DNA of 64,000 bases, taken from assembly GCA_964480585.1 (NCBI GenBank), contig CAYZPV010000003.1, positions 156,412 through 220,411 of the forward strand, written 5' to 3'. Source of the DNA: an uncultured Opitutus sp. (lineage in GTDB: Bacteria > Verrucomicrobiota > Verrucomicrobiia > Opitutales > Opitutaceae). Positions 1-9,211 of the stretch are shown piece by piece. Positions within the stretch are counted from its first letter, which is position 1, and each line of letters opens with the position of its first letter. The notes beneath the pieces are model-generated. The model was given only the letters and a program-made list of their open reading frames with translations, searched no databases and was not told the DNA's origin. Both the position numbers and the translations under genes were made by a program.

Positions 1-1294
1 GTCGCCATTGGTAGGTAAAAGGGCCGGTGCCTGCCGCGGAGACGTGGAGCGAGGCCGAGCGGCCGAGCAGCGTGCGTCCGGACGAAGTCACCGCTGAGAT
101 CGTGGGTGGAGCGACGACGGTGAGCGTAGCGGCGGCACTCGTAAGCGCCGTGGAGCCACTAGTGAGGACGACCGTGTAAACACCCGCCGCTGAAGACTGG
201 ACGGCAGGAATCGCAAGGCGGGCCGCGGTGGCGCCTGGAATCGCGACGCCATCCTTATACCATTGGTAGGAAAGCGTGCCACTGGCGGAAGCGACGACCA
301 CCATTTCAGCCGCAGAGCCCTGATTGACGGTCGCATCCCTAGGCTGCTCGGTGATGGTGATGGGCGAGCCTGTCACCGTCAGCACTGCAGCGTGGCTGAC
401 GACCGTGCCCACGGAATTGGTCACGATGACATCGTAGCTGCCAGCATCCGAGGGCTGCACGTTGGCGATCGTAAGCTTGGCATTATTGGTATCGGGGAGG
501 TCGTTGCGATCCTTACGCCATTTGAACGTAAACGGTGGAGAGCCACTCATCACCACCTCAAAGACGGCCGTCGCGCCGGTGGCGACACTGACAGCAGCCG
601 GCGCACGGCTGACGACGGGAGGAGCGACGGTGACCTCGAGCGCGGTAGTCGCGGTGGAAGAGCCGTAATTATTGGTGACCACCACCTCATATGCACCGGC
701 ATCGGCTGGCTGCACGCCCCGAATAAGAAGGGTCTCGCTCGTCGCGCCGGCGATATTCACTCCGCCTCTCCGCCACTGATATCTGAATGGCGGAGACCCT
801 CCCGTACTCGCGACAAAGGTGGCACTGCTGCCGGCCGTAACCCGCTGAGAAGCTGGAGCGATGGATATTCCGCGCGGCGCGGCTCCTACCACATTGAGAG
901 GCCCGATCACCTTGGACGTGGTGCCGTAGGCGTTGGTCGCAAAGAGAGTGACCGTCTGCTGATGATCGCCCCGCACAAACGGGCCGATGCTACCTATCGT
1001 GCGGTGATAGGTTGAAGTGATAAACATCGAGAACCAAGGACCACCGGAGTACTCCACGGCTACGGACCTGGTGCCGACTTGCAGCCGCCAGGAAACCGCA
1101 GAGCCACCCGACGTATCCGCGTACAGGGTGATCGACTGCCGGATGCCATCGTCCACCGTCAGCGGAGTCTGGATATCGTAGATGACTGGCGGGGTCTGCG
1201 CGCGAGCCGGTACAAAGCCGAGAAGAAACGCAAAAAGAGCGATGAGTCGCGCCGGCAACCGACGGAACGATGGATCTAGGGCAGGTAGGGACAC
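1..1294 (-). CDS. Secreted immunoglobulin-like (I-set) repeat protein, 3' end outside the window
   Basis: Missing from the ORF track because no stop lies in the window. Hand translation of the minus strand from GTG at 1294 gives MSLPALDPSFRRLPARLIALFAFLLGFVPARAQ (signal peptide), then repeated Ig motifs: GSPPFRYQWRRGGVNIAGATSETL...DAGAYEVVVTN; GSPPFTFKWRK...DAGSYDVIVTNSVG; LSYQWYKDGVAIPGATAARL...GVYTVV; and GTGPFTYQWR at the window edge. Start codon is tentative. Confidence 0.85.
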   Translation of the reverse strand, partial: MSLPALDPSFRRLPARLIALFAFLLGFVPARAQTPPVIYDIQTPLTVDDGIRQSITLYADTSGGSAVSWRLQVGTRSVAVEYSGGPWFSMFITSTYHRTIGSIGPFVRGDHQQTVTLFATNAYGTTSKVIGPLNVVGAAPRGISIAPASQRVTAGSSATFVASTGGSPPFRYQWRRGGVNIAGATSETLLIRGVQPADAGAYEVVVTNNYGSSTATTALEVTVAPPVVSRAPAAVSVATGATAVFEVVMSGSPPFTFKWRKDRNDLPDTNNAKLTIANVQPSDAGSYDVIVTNSVGTVVSHAAVLTVTGSPITITEQPRDATVNQGSAAEMVVVASASGTLSYQWYKDGVAIPGATAARLAIPAVQSSAAGVYTVVLTSGSTALTSAAATLTVVAPPTISAVTSSGRTLLGRSASLHVSAAGTGPFTYQWR

Positions 1295-1473
1295 CGAGCC
1301 ACTCCACCGCCGCCGCAAAAAAAGTACACCTAATTTCAAGTAAGAAGGGCGTCGCTCGCGACAGTCAGCCGAGACTAGCGCCCACATCCCCCTTCGACGG
1401 GCATCTCGCAACCCGCCTGCACTACCCTGAGCGCGCATCTATCTTCTGCCAATAACGGGTAGGACTGGTAGAT

Positions 1474-1516
1474 AAAAACAAGAGCCCCTCGGTATCTTTT
1501 AGATCTCCGAGGGGCT
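1474..1516 (-). terminator. Intrinsic terminator downstream of tRNA-Arg
   Basis: 10-bp inverted repeat AGCCCCTCGG (1483-1492) / CCGAGGGGCT (1507-1516), followed on the minus strand by TTGTTTTT. Confidence 0.8.
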
Positions 1517-1520
1517 AAAG

Positions 1521-1597
1521 TGGCGCACTCGTAGGGAGTCGAACCCCAAACCTTCTGATCCGTAGTCAGATGCTCTATCCAATTGAGCTACGAGTGC
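1521..1597 (-). tRNA. tRNA-Arg (anticodon ACG), CCA encoded
   Basis: Reverse complement is GCACTCGTAGCTCAATTGGATAGAGCATCTGACTACGGATCAGAAGGTTTGGGGTTCGACTCCCTACGAGTGCGCCA: 7-bp acceptor stem, D arm, anticodon loop CT-ACG-GA, GTTCGA T-loop. Confidence 0.97.
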
Positions 1598-1663
1598 GTG
1601 ATGGGAGGCGAGAAGAAGCAAGGATTCGGGACAGAGCGCAAGCGATATTTTACGAAGATCGCA

Positions 1664-3382
1664 TTATCCCGATTTGCGCCAATCGATCAGCCCCACTTGC
1701 AGGAGTTTGCGTCCGTTGAAGTGATTCCACTTCAGCTCGAGAGCAAGGTCGATCGGAGTGTTTTGGGGCGGCAGGCGGTTGGCCATCTTCCAAGCCACCC
1801 CATGGAGTCGGCGCCCGCGGCCGTCTTCGAAATGGAAGCGGAAGTGATGCTCCTTGAAGACCTCGACGGGGTGCCGCAGCACCACGCCGCGCACGCCAAA
1901 GACGGGCTCGGGGTTGCCCTGGCCAAACGGGTGCAACGCCTCGAGCTCATCCATAAGACGCTCGTTGATCTGCTCCGGCGTGAGCCAGACGGCGATCTCA
2001 AGGCGGGCCTCGGCGATATCGCCCCCCACATGATTGCGGACGGCCTCGGCAAAGCGACCGCGGAAGACATCGAGATGCGCCTTGGGCAGCGCCACGCCCA
2101 CGGCCATGGGATGGCCGCCCCAACTCGTGAGATGCTCGCAACACGTGCCGAGGACTTCGACGAGATTGATCCCATCGACGCTGCGGCCAGATCCCTTGGC
2201 AAACTCCCCCTCATTGCCGAGCACGACGCAGGGACGATTGTACTTCCGGGTGACACGGCCGGCCACAATGCCGACGACGCCCGGGTGCCAATTCTCGGCA
2301 AAGAGCACCACGCCCGAGTGCGACATGTAATCACGCTCGATCGACTGCTCAGCCTCGAGGGTGATGGCGCGCTCGATCTCCTGCCGCTCCCGATTGAACA
2401 CGTCGAGCTGGCGGGCCGTGTCGCTGGCAAAGGCGCGATCATCGCTGAGCAGCAGCTCCACCGAAAGCGCCGCATCCGCGAGGCGGCCGCTGGCATTGAT
2501 ACGCGGCCCGAGGCGGAAAGAGATGTCGGTCGGCGTGATGCCCAGCGAGGGCTTCACGCCCGCGACATCCATCAGGGCCCGCAGGCCGGGCCGCTGCGTC
2601 TCCTGCAGGATGCGCAAGCCGTGGCGAGCGAGGATGCGATTTTCCCCGGTGAGAGGGACCAGATCGGCGACCGTGCCGAGGGCGACGAGATCGAGGTGAT
2701 CGCGCAGCTTTATACGGAAGGCGACCGGGTGATTCTCGGCTCGCAGCTGCTTAAGCAGGCCGTGGCAGAGCTTGAAGACGAGACCTACCGTGCAAAGATG
2801 CCGCCAAGCATGGTCGCTATCGCGCGGGCACGAGTGCACGTGAGGATTGATGAGCAGCCCCTGATCCAACGCCGGCTCCTTGGAGCGGTGGTGATCGATG
2901 ACGAGCACATCGATACCGAGCCCGCGCAAATACGCCGTCTCGGGATGGGAATTGGTGCCGCAATCGAGCGCGACGAAGAGCTGGGGCCGGCCGCCTTCGA
3001 GCGCGCGGTCGATGGCGCTCCGCGAGAGGCCGTAGCCATCCTCGCTGCGGCGGGGGACCACGAAGCGCGGATTGAGCCCGAAGCGACGGAGCACGGTGAC
3101 AAGCAGCGCGGTGCTGCTGACACCATCGACATCGTAGTCGCCGAGCACGACGATCTGCTCGCGCTGCGCGATGGCCTGGCGCAGGCGCGTGGCGGCCTGC
3201 TCGAGGTTGCGAAGCAAAAAGGGATCCTGCAATCCGGCGAGGGCGGGCGCGAGGAACGCGGCGGCTGCATCGTCCCGCAGGCCGGTGCGCAGCAGCAGCT
3301 CCGCCAGCACGCGGCTGACGCCGGCGCGCTTGCTCAGCGCCTCGACCTCATCGGCCGGGAACGGCGTATGGGTCCAGCGCAT
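1664..3382 (-). CDS. recJ: Single-stranded DNA exonuclease RecJ
   Basis: DHH-family motifs GDYDVDG, LDCGT, IDHH, ALGTVADLVPL, GPRINASGRL and GGHPMAVG. Start moved from TTG 3439 to ATG 3382 (MRWTHTP). Confidence 0.95.
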   Translation of the reverse strand: MRWTHTPFPADEVEALSKRAGVSRVLAELLLRTGLRDDAAAAFLAPALAGLQDPFLLRNLEQAATRLRQAIAQREQIVVLGDYDVDGVSSTALLVTVLRRFGLNPRFVVPRRSEDGYGLSRSAIDRALEGGRPQLFVALDCGTNSHPETAYLRGLGIDVLVIDHHRSKEPALDQGLLINPHVHSCPRDSDHAWRHLCTVGLVFKLCHGLLKQLRAENHPVAFRIKLRDHLDLVALGTVADLVPLTGENRILARHGLRILQETQRPGLRALMDVAGVKPSLGITPTDISFRLGPRINASGRLADAALSVELLLSDDRAFASDTARQLDVFNRERQEIERAITLEAEQSIERDYMSHSGVVLFAENWHPGVVGIVAGRVTRKYNRPCVVLGNEGEFAKGSGRSVDGINLVEVLGTCCEHLTSWGGHPMAVGVALPKAHLDVFRGRFAEAVRNHVGGDIAEARLEIAVWLTPEQINERLMDELEALHPFGQGNPEPVFGVRGVVLRHPVEVFKEHHFRFHFEDGRGRRLHGVAWKMANRLPPQNTPIDLALELKWNHFNGRKLLQVGLIDWRKSG

Positions 3383-3490
3383 GGCTTGGAAAAGGGAGGG
3401 CGAACCACCGCCGGGGCCGCCGCCACGCCCCCGCGCCAACAGGCGAAGGGGCGATACGGCGCGTGCGGGATGACGCGCCCTACCCTCCGA

Positions 3491-6040
3491 TTATTCCGAG
3501 GCCTTGCTGGTGCCCTGCCACTCGTAGGTGGGCGCGACGTCGTGGTGAGCCTCGACGTGCTTACGGTCGCCCTTGTGATACCAGTAGAAGATGGGGCTAG
3601 CGATGAAGAGCGATGAGAAGGTGCCGGTGAGCACACCGATCAGCAGGGTGAACGAAATATCATTCACATCGCCGCTCGTCGTCACGATCAGGGTGATCGC
3701 AGTGAGGAAGGTTGTACCACCGGTGATAATGGTACGGGAGAGCGTGAGATTGAGCGAGCGATTGACGATCTCGCGCAGCGTCCCCGTCGGGTTGATCTTC
3801 AGTTCTTCGCGGATACGGTCGAAGACGACGATCGTATCATTGATCGAATAGCCGATGATGAGCAGGATCGCAGCGACCATCGAGGCATTGAACTGCCGGT
3901 CGAACATCACGAAGAAACCGATCGTGATGAACAAGTCGTGGACCGTGGAGACCACTGCGCCCATGCCGTAGCCGATCTCGAAGCGGAAGGCCACGTAGAG
4001 GAGGATGCCGAGAAGCGCGAGAACCACGGAGACCAGGGCATTCCACTGGATCTCCTTACCCACGGAGGCACCAATCTTCTGCACACCGTCGATCGTGAGC
4101 TGAGCATCCGGCAACGCTTTCTGGAGGGTGAGCGCTGTCGCCTGGCCCTGCTCGAAGGGCGTAGTGACCTTCAACACCTCGCGGCTGGCACCGAGCGGCT
4201 GCTGGTAGGTGAAGTTGGCCTCCTTTAGGCCGGCAGCCGTGGAGGCCTTGCGCAGATCCTCGAGTGATACCTTCTTCGCGAAGCTCATGGTGACCATGTC
4301 GCCACCGATGAAGTCGATACCGTAGATATCCTTGCCCTTGTACACCACCACACCGGCGCCGATGAGGACGACGAGCCACGAGCAAATGAAGGCCGGCTTG
4401 GCATACTTGAGGAAGTCGAAGTTCGTGTTCTGCAGGACCGAGAACATCTTGATGCTCTTGAGGACGCCACCGTGGATGAGGTACTCGAGGAGCAGCTTGG
4501 AGACGACGACCGCAGCAAACATCGTGGTGAAGATACCGATGGCCAGCGTGACGCCGAAGCCCTTGACCGGACCCGAGCCGTAGCCCCACATGATGAGGGC
4601 GACGAGCAGCGTCGTGACGTTGGAGTCGAGAATCGCAGACCACGCCTTGTCGAAGCCCGCCTCGAGAGCGGTGCCCAGCGACTTGCCGAGCTTGAGCTCC
4701 TCTCGCATGCGCTCGAAGATCAGGATGTTCGAGTCGACCGACATGGCGAGAGTAAGCACGATACCAGCGATACCAGGCATCGTGAGCGTAGCTCCGATCG
4801 AGGACATGACCCCGAGCGTGATGATCACGTTGATGCCCATGCCGATCGCGGCGACCACGCCGCCAACCGTGTAAAACACCAGCATGAAGAGGATCGTGAG
4901 CGCGGTGGAGACGATGAAGGCATTGCGCGCACTGACGATCGAATCGGCGGCGAGCGTGGGCCCCACTTCGTACTGCTCCATCACCTTCAACTCGACGTCT
5001 AGCGGGTTATTGAGGACATTCGCCAGGTTTAGCGCCTCGCGGTCCGAGAAATTGCCGTGGATGACGGCATTGCCAATGATCTCGCGCTCGACCGTCGGCG
5101 AGGAATAGAGCTTGCCATCGAGTACGATCGCAAGCCGGCCCGTCTGGCCGGTGCGGCGGCCGGACTCGGAGATCGCCGCAGTCACTTCGCCGAAGCGCTT
5201 CTGGCCCGCGCTGGTAAATTCCAGGCTGACCTCGGGCTTGTTGTATTGATTGAGGGTGACGCGGGCGTTTTCCATCGCCTCACCCGTCATCTCTGGGACG
5301 CGCTTGACAAAGAGCTGCTCGGAGAAGGTCTCACCAGTGCGGCTTTCGCGATCCTCAGTCAAAATTTCGTAGCCGGGGGGCGTCTCCACACCGGGGCCAG
5401 GGCGCAGCGTGGGATGCACCAACCGGAAGTCGAGGCGCGCAGGCGCCTTCACGTTGTCGACGACTTCGGGGTTATCCTTGGTGCTGACGCCAGGGAGCTG
5501 AATCTCGATGCGAGAGTCGCCGACGGGGCGGATCAGAGGCTCGGCGACGCCGAGGCCGTTGATACGATCGCCGATGATCTCGATAGCCTTCTGGAGCTTC
5601 TCGCGACGTTCGAGCTCACTCTCGGACTCGCCGGGCTTGGCGACGGCTTCGAGAGTGAAGGCGACACCGCCCTTGAGATCCAGGCCGAGCTGGAGCTTGC
5701 CCTTGGAGAGCCGCAGGAGCTCGCCGAGGAGAAGATCGTTGCGCTTCTCGATATTGCGCAGGCTGTCCTCGATATTGATGTGCGGGAAGTAGAGGCGCGA
5801 AAGGTCGAGATTACGCTCCTTGCCGATCTGGCGGAGGGCGACGTACTCCGAGGGAGCCTGGAGGTTCTTCTTCCGCTGGGCGGCTTCATCGAGCAGCTTG
5901 GCGAATTCGTCCTTCTTCGCACTCGCGTGCGTGCGGGCGTAGCTCGTGAAGGGCTCGTCCTGCACAGGGATGAGCTGCGCGATCGACCAGCCGAGGACGG
6001 CGAGGCAGAGCACGAGCTTCCAGAGGTTGCGTTTGAACAT
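3491..6040 (-). CDS. secDF: Fused protein translocase subunit SecDF
   Basis: LGLDLKGG, VGPTLA and MSVDSNILIFERMREEL (SecD part); YGIDFIGG and GYSINDTIVVFDRIRE (SecF part), all in one 849-aa ORF. Confidence 0.95.
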   Translation of the reverse strand: MFKRNLWKLVLCLAVLGWSIAQLIPVQDEPFTSYARTHASAKKDEFAKLLDEAAQRKKNLQAPSEYVALRQIGKERNLDLSRLYFPHINIEDSLRNIEKRNDLLLGELLRLSKGKLQLGLDLKGGVAFTLEAVAKPGESESELERREKLQKAIEIIGDRINGLGVAEPLIRPVGDSRIEIQLPGVSTKDNPEVVDNVKAPARLDFRLVHPTLRPGPGVETPPGYEILTEDRESRTGETFSEQLFVKRVPEMTGEAMENARVTLNQYNKPEVSLEFTSAGQKRFGEVTAAISESGRRTGQTGRLAIVLDGKLYSSPTVEREIIGNAVIHGNFSDREALNLANVLNNPLDVELKVMEQYEVGPTLAADSIVSARNAFIVSTALTILFMLVFYTVGGVVAAIGMGINVIITLGVMSSIGATLTMPGIAGIVLTLAMSVDSNILIFERMREELKLGKSLGTALEAGFDKAWSAILDSNVTTLLVALIMWGYGSGPVKGFGVTLAIGIFTTMFAAVVVSKLLLEYLIHGGVLKSIKMFSVLQNTNFDFLKYAKPAFICSWLVVLIGAGVVVYKGKDIYGIDFIGGDMVTMSFAKKVSLEDLRKASTAAGLKEANFTYQQPLGASREVLKVTTPFEQGQATALTLQKALPDAQLTIDGVQKIGASVGKEIQWNALVSVVLALLGILLYVAFRFEIGYGMGAVVSTVHDLFITIGFFVMFDRQFNASMVAAILLIIGYSINDTIVVFDRIREELKINPTGTLREIVNRSLNLTLSRTIITGGTTFLTAITLIVTTSGDVNDISFTLLIGVLTGTFSSLFIASPIFYWYHKGDRKHVEAHHDVAPTYEWQGTSKASE

Positions 6041-6123
6041 GTGTCTGTTGGGTTGAAAGTGGGGTGATCCGGGGCACGCAGAGCCGCGCGACGCTTCGTG
6101 CGCGGCCCGGCAACGAGGCGGCC

Positions 6124-6507
6124 TTACTTCTTGTCGGTCGACGCTGCGGCGGAATCCGCACCCTTGTTGACCACGGTGGCGACGTGGCTCTTGAGGATCT
6201 CGATCTTGGTGCTATCGGAGATGCGGACGATGAAGGTGTGCTCCTTCGTATTGGTGATCGTGCCGTAGATGCCGCTGCTCGTGATGATCTCGGCACCTGC
6301 TTGTAACTCTTTGAGCATTTTCTCGTGCTCCTTTTGCTTCTTACGCTGCGGCGCGATCATGAAGAAGTACATCGCCGCAAACAACAGAATCATCGGCAGG
6401 AACGTCATGAGCGGGCTGCCGCCGGGGGCGGCCGCCGGGGCGCCACCAGCGGGGGCAGGGGCGGTCGTTTGGGCGATGATTTCTGCGAAGCTGAGCAAAG
6501 AGGACAT
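6124..6507 (-). CDS. yajC: Preprotein translocase subunit YajC
   Basis: One TM helix followed by MIAPQRKKQKEHEKMLKELQAGAEIITSSGIYGTI; directly upstream of secDF. Start set at ATG 6507. Confidence 0.93.
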   Translation of the reverse strand: MSSLLSFAEIIAQTTAPAPAGGAPAAAPGGSPLMTFLPMILLFAAMYFFMIAPQRKKQKEHEKMLKELQAGAEIITSSGIYGTITNTKEHTFIVRISDSTKIEILKSHVATVVNKGADSAAASTDKK

Positions 6508-6609
6508 TTTCGTGTTTGCGTGTTGAGTGATTTGTAAAAAGAAAACACGCATCTAACTAATTCGCGTCTCGCAATAGCAAGCCATAAGTCCCCCACTCTC
6601 CGCATCGCG

Positions 6610-8568
6610 TTGAAAAGCAAATCCTCCTCCGCCTGGTCGGCTGCCAAGTCCGAAGAACACTACGGTTTTAAGCGCTGGGGTTCCGGGCATATCTCCGTCG
6701 ATCCCGAGGGCTGCGTAAATGTGCAGCCCTTGGTTGATGGCCGCGGCATCCGCGTGCTCGATGTGGTGCAGGAGGCCTTGGGGATGGGTCTGAAGGCCCC
6801 GATGGTCATACGCTTCCAAGACCTGCTCCGCTACCGCGTGACGCAGCTCAACGAGTGCTTCGCCAAGGCCATCAAGGAAGAGGGCTACAAGGGCGAGTAC
6901 CGGGGCGTCTTCCCGATCAAGGTCAACCAGCTCCGGGAGGTGGTCGACGAGATCGTGGCGGCCGGCAAGGACTACAACTATGGCCTGGAGGCCGGCTCAA
7001 AGCCAGAGCTGATGATCGCCCTGGCCATGCATGAGGGCGCCCAGCGCCTAATCGTCTGCAACGGCTACAAAGACCACGACTACATCCGCCTCGCCCTAAT
7101 GGGGCGCAAGCTGGGCAAGAAGATCATCATCGTGGTCGAGCAGCTGGCCGAGCTCGACGATATTATCGCCATTTCCGAAGAGACCGGCGTGAAGCCTCTC
7201 ATCGGCTTCCGCGCCAAGCTCCAGACCCGCGGCGAGGGCAAATGGGCGATGTCCACGGGCGACAACGCCAAGTTCGGCCTCAACACCGCCGAAATCCTCT
7301 TCGCCTGCGAGAAGCTCAAGCAGGCCAAGCTCACCTCGGCGCTGAAGCTTGTCCATTTCCACATCGGCTCGCAGGTCCCCAATATCCTCACGATCAAGAA
7401 TGCGGTCGTGGAGGCTTCGCGATTCTACTGCCAGCTCTCCAAGATGGGCTTCCCCATGGGCTACCTCGATGTGGGCGGCGGCCTCGGCATCGACTACGAT
7501 GGGTCGCGCACAAACTTCGAGTCGTCGATGAACTACTCGATGGAGGAGTATGCGCGCGACGTCGTCTTTAACATCCGCGAGATCTGCAACGCTTCCGACG
7601 TGCCGGTGCCCGATATCGTCACCGAGTCCGGCCGTGCGATCGTAGCCCCCCACTCCCTCCTCGTCGTCGAGGTCTTTGAGCGCATCAACAAGCGCGAGTC
7701 GCTCGGCCAGGAGCATCAGCCCAAGCAGAAGCACAAGGTCGTCGAAGACCTCGAGACCATGCTCAAGAACAAGGGCGGCAAGCTAGGGCGGCTCGAGCGA
7801 TTCCACGATGCCGTGCAGAAAAAGGAAGAGGCCCTCTCGCTCTTCAACCTCGGCTATCTGGATCTCGAAAACCGCGCGGCCGCTGAATCGCTCTTCTGGC
7901 AGATCTGCGAAGAGATTGCCAAGGAAGGCCGCAAGACCGGCTACCAGCCCGAGGAACTTCACGATCTCAACAAACTCCTGGCCGACCAGTATGTCTGCAA
8001 CTTCTCGGTCTTCCAGTCACTTCTCGATCACTGGGCGCTGAAGCAGCTCTTCCCCGTCGCGCCGCTCCACCGGCTCAACGAGAAGCCCACGGTCAACGCC
8101 ATCCTTGTCGACATCACCTGCGACTCCGACGGCAAGATTGCCTCCTTCATCGATCTGCAGGATGTGAAGGACTACATCACGCTGCACCCGCTGAACAACA
8201 AGCCCTACTATCTCGGTGTCTTCCTCACCGGTGCGTATCAGGACATCATGGGCGACCTGCACAACCTCTTCGGCCGCGTGAATGAGGTGCACGTCTTCCT
8301 CGAAGATGACGAGCCCAACGGCTTCTATATCGAAGAGGCCCTCAGCGGCAGCCGCATCGCCGATGTGATCGAGGGCGTGCAGTACCAGCAGGAGGAGCTG
8401 TGCCGCAAGATGAAGGCCCAGATCGACGCCGCGACGCGCAAGGACCAAGTGAAGCCCCGCGAAGGCGTGCGCATGCTGGAGCTCTACGAGAGCCAGATGC
8501 TCAACAAGACCTATCTCAACATCGAGCCGAAGAACGGAAAGAAAAAGAAATCCGAGAAGAAGGCCTGA
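6610..8568 (+). CDS. speA: Biosynthetic arginine decarboxylase
   Basis: PLP lysine motif FPIKVNQ, plus GLEAGSKPEL, CNGYKD, HFHIGSQ, LDVGGGLG, DITCDSDG and GAYQDIMGDLHNLFG. TTG start. Confidence 0.95.
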   Translation: MKSKSSSAWSAAKSEEHYGFKRWGSGHISVDPEGCVNVQPLVDGRGIRVLDVVQEALGMGLKAPMVIRFQDLLRYRVTQLNECFAKAIKEEGYKGEYRGVFPIKVNQLREVVDEIVAAGKDYNYGLEAGSKPELMIALAMHEGAQRLIVCNGYKDHDYIRLALMGRKLGKKIIIVVEQLAELDDIIAISEETGVKPLIGFRAKLQTRGEGKWAMSTGDNAKFGLNTAEILFACEKLKQAKLTSALKLVHFHIGSQVPNILTIKNAVVEASRFYCQLSKMGFPMGYLDVGGGLGIDYDGSRTNFESSMNYSMEEYARDVVFNIREICNASDVPVPDIVTESGRAIVAPHSLLVVEVFERINKRESLGQEHQPKQKHKVVEDLETMLKNKGGKLGRLERFHDAVQKKEEALSLFNLGYLDLENRAAAESLFWQICEEIAKEGRKTGYQPEELHDLNKLLADQYVCNFSVFQSLLDHWALKQLFPVAPLHRLNEKPTVNAILVDITCDSDGKIASFIDLQDVKDYITLHPLNNKPYYLGVFLTGAYQDIMGDLHNLFGRVNEVHVFLEDDEPNGFYIEEALSGSRIADVIEGVQYQQEELCRKMKAQIDAATRKDQVKPREGVRMLELYESQMLNKTYLNIEPKNGKKKKSEKKA

Positions 8569-8630
8569 GGGCGACGCCCCAGTCTTTGGGTACTCGCCCG
8601 CTTCCGGCCGCAGACACTCCCCCACCCTCC

Positions 8631-8662
8631 AGCGCCAGCCCTCATCGGCTGGCGTTTTTTTT
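8631..8662 (+). terminator. Intrinsic terminator after speA
   Basis: GCGCCAGCC-CTCATC-GGCTGGCGT hairpin followed by a run of T. Confidence 0.85.
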
Positions 8663-8740
8663 CGCACATCGCATCTCTCCCGAGGAGCGATCATGGATCG
8701 CCGTTGGACGGACAGAGCGATGTCGCGTAGGGTCGATGCC

Positions 8741-9124
8741 ATGCCCCGCCTTTTTGATCACGTCGACCTCCGCGTGCGCGACCTCGCCGCAGCCGGCCCA
8801 TTCTACCGTGCGTTGCTGCCTCTGCTCGGTTTCACGGTATATGTCGATATCGACGGATGGATTCAATTTGAAGCCCCCGGAGTCGACGCATCGGAGTTCT
8901 TCGGGATTACAGAAGACAAGGACCACCGGCCCAACCGTTCGCGCATCGCCTTCCGGGCCGACTCCGTGCAACGAGTGGATGCTCTGGCCGAGCAACTCCG
9001 CAAACTCGGCGCACAAGCCATCGAAGGCCCCGACTACGAATCACCGACCTACTACGCGGTGTACTTCGACGACCCTTCCGGCAACCCACTCGAGATCGTC
9101 TACCGCAGTCAGCGCTTCGACTAG
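8741..9124 (+). CDS. VOC (glyoxalase/bleomycin resistance) family protein
   Basis: FDHVDLRVRDL...FY at the N-terminus, RIAFRA, and YYAVYFDDPSGNPLEIV at the C-terminus. Start set at ATG 8741. Confidence 0.88.
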   Translation: MPRLFDHVDLRVRDLAAAGPFYRALLPLLGFTVYVDIDGWIQFEAPGVDASEFFGITEDKDHRPNRSRIAFRADSVQRVDALAEQLRKLGAQAIEGPDYESPTYYAVYFDDPSGNPLEIVYRSQRFD

Positions 9125-9127
9125 AAA

Positions 9128-9203
9128 CGTAGTAAACCCTGCCGTGAGGGCAGCGACTGAGAGGTAGAGGACTTCCGTCCCTGCCCTCACGGGCAGGGCT
9201 ACA
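9128..9203. repeat. REP/REPIN-like inverted doublet between convergent genes; may also terminate transcription
   Basis: CCCTGCCGTGAGGGCAG (9137-9153) is a near-perfect reverse complement of CTGCCCTCACGGGCAGGG (9181-9198). The right unit is an 8-bp hairpin with a TCAC/GTGA loop. The element has GTAG...CTAC termini. Confidence 0.55.
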
Positions 9204-9211
9204 GCAATCCC

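Noticed and set aside
263-1307. Track ORFs 263-1015 (+), 462-668 (+) and 990-1307 (-)
   Set aside because: All overlap the true minus-strand Ig-repeat gene in other frames.
1295-1480. Riboswitch (e.g. c-di-GMP-I) upstream of the Ig-repeat gene
   Set aside because: No GEMM-type GGCAAA/GAAA/GACGCAAAGC pattern or other recognisable aptamer by eye; an Rfam scan would be decisive.
1521-1597. tRNA-Arg as an island integration site
   Set aside because: No integrase is adjacent and I found no duplicated tRNA 3' end elsewhere in the window.
1583-3616. Long antisense ORFs, e.g. 1583-3616, 5057-6067, 14172-17216, 17506-19311, 19718-20905, 21458-22393, 23856-25043 and 54766-55995
   Set aside because: Shadow frames of GC-rich genes on the opposite strand; no recognisable motifs, and each is fully overlapped by a well-supported gene.
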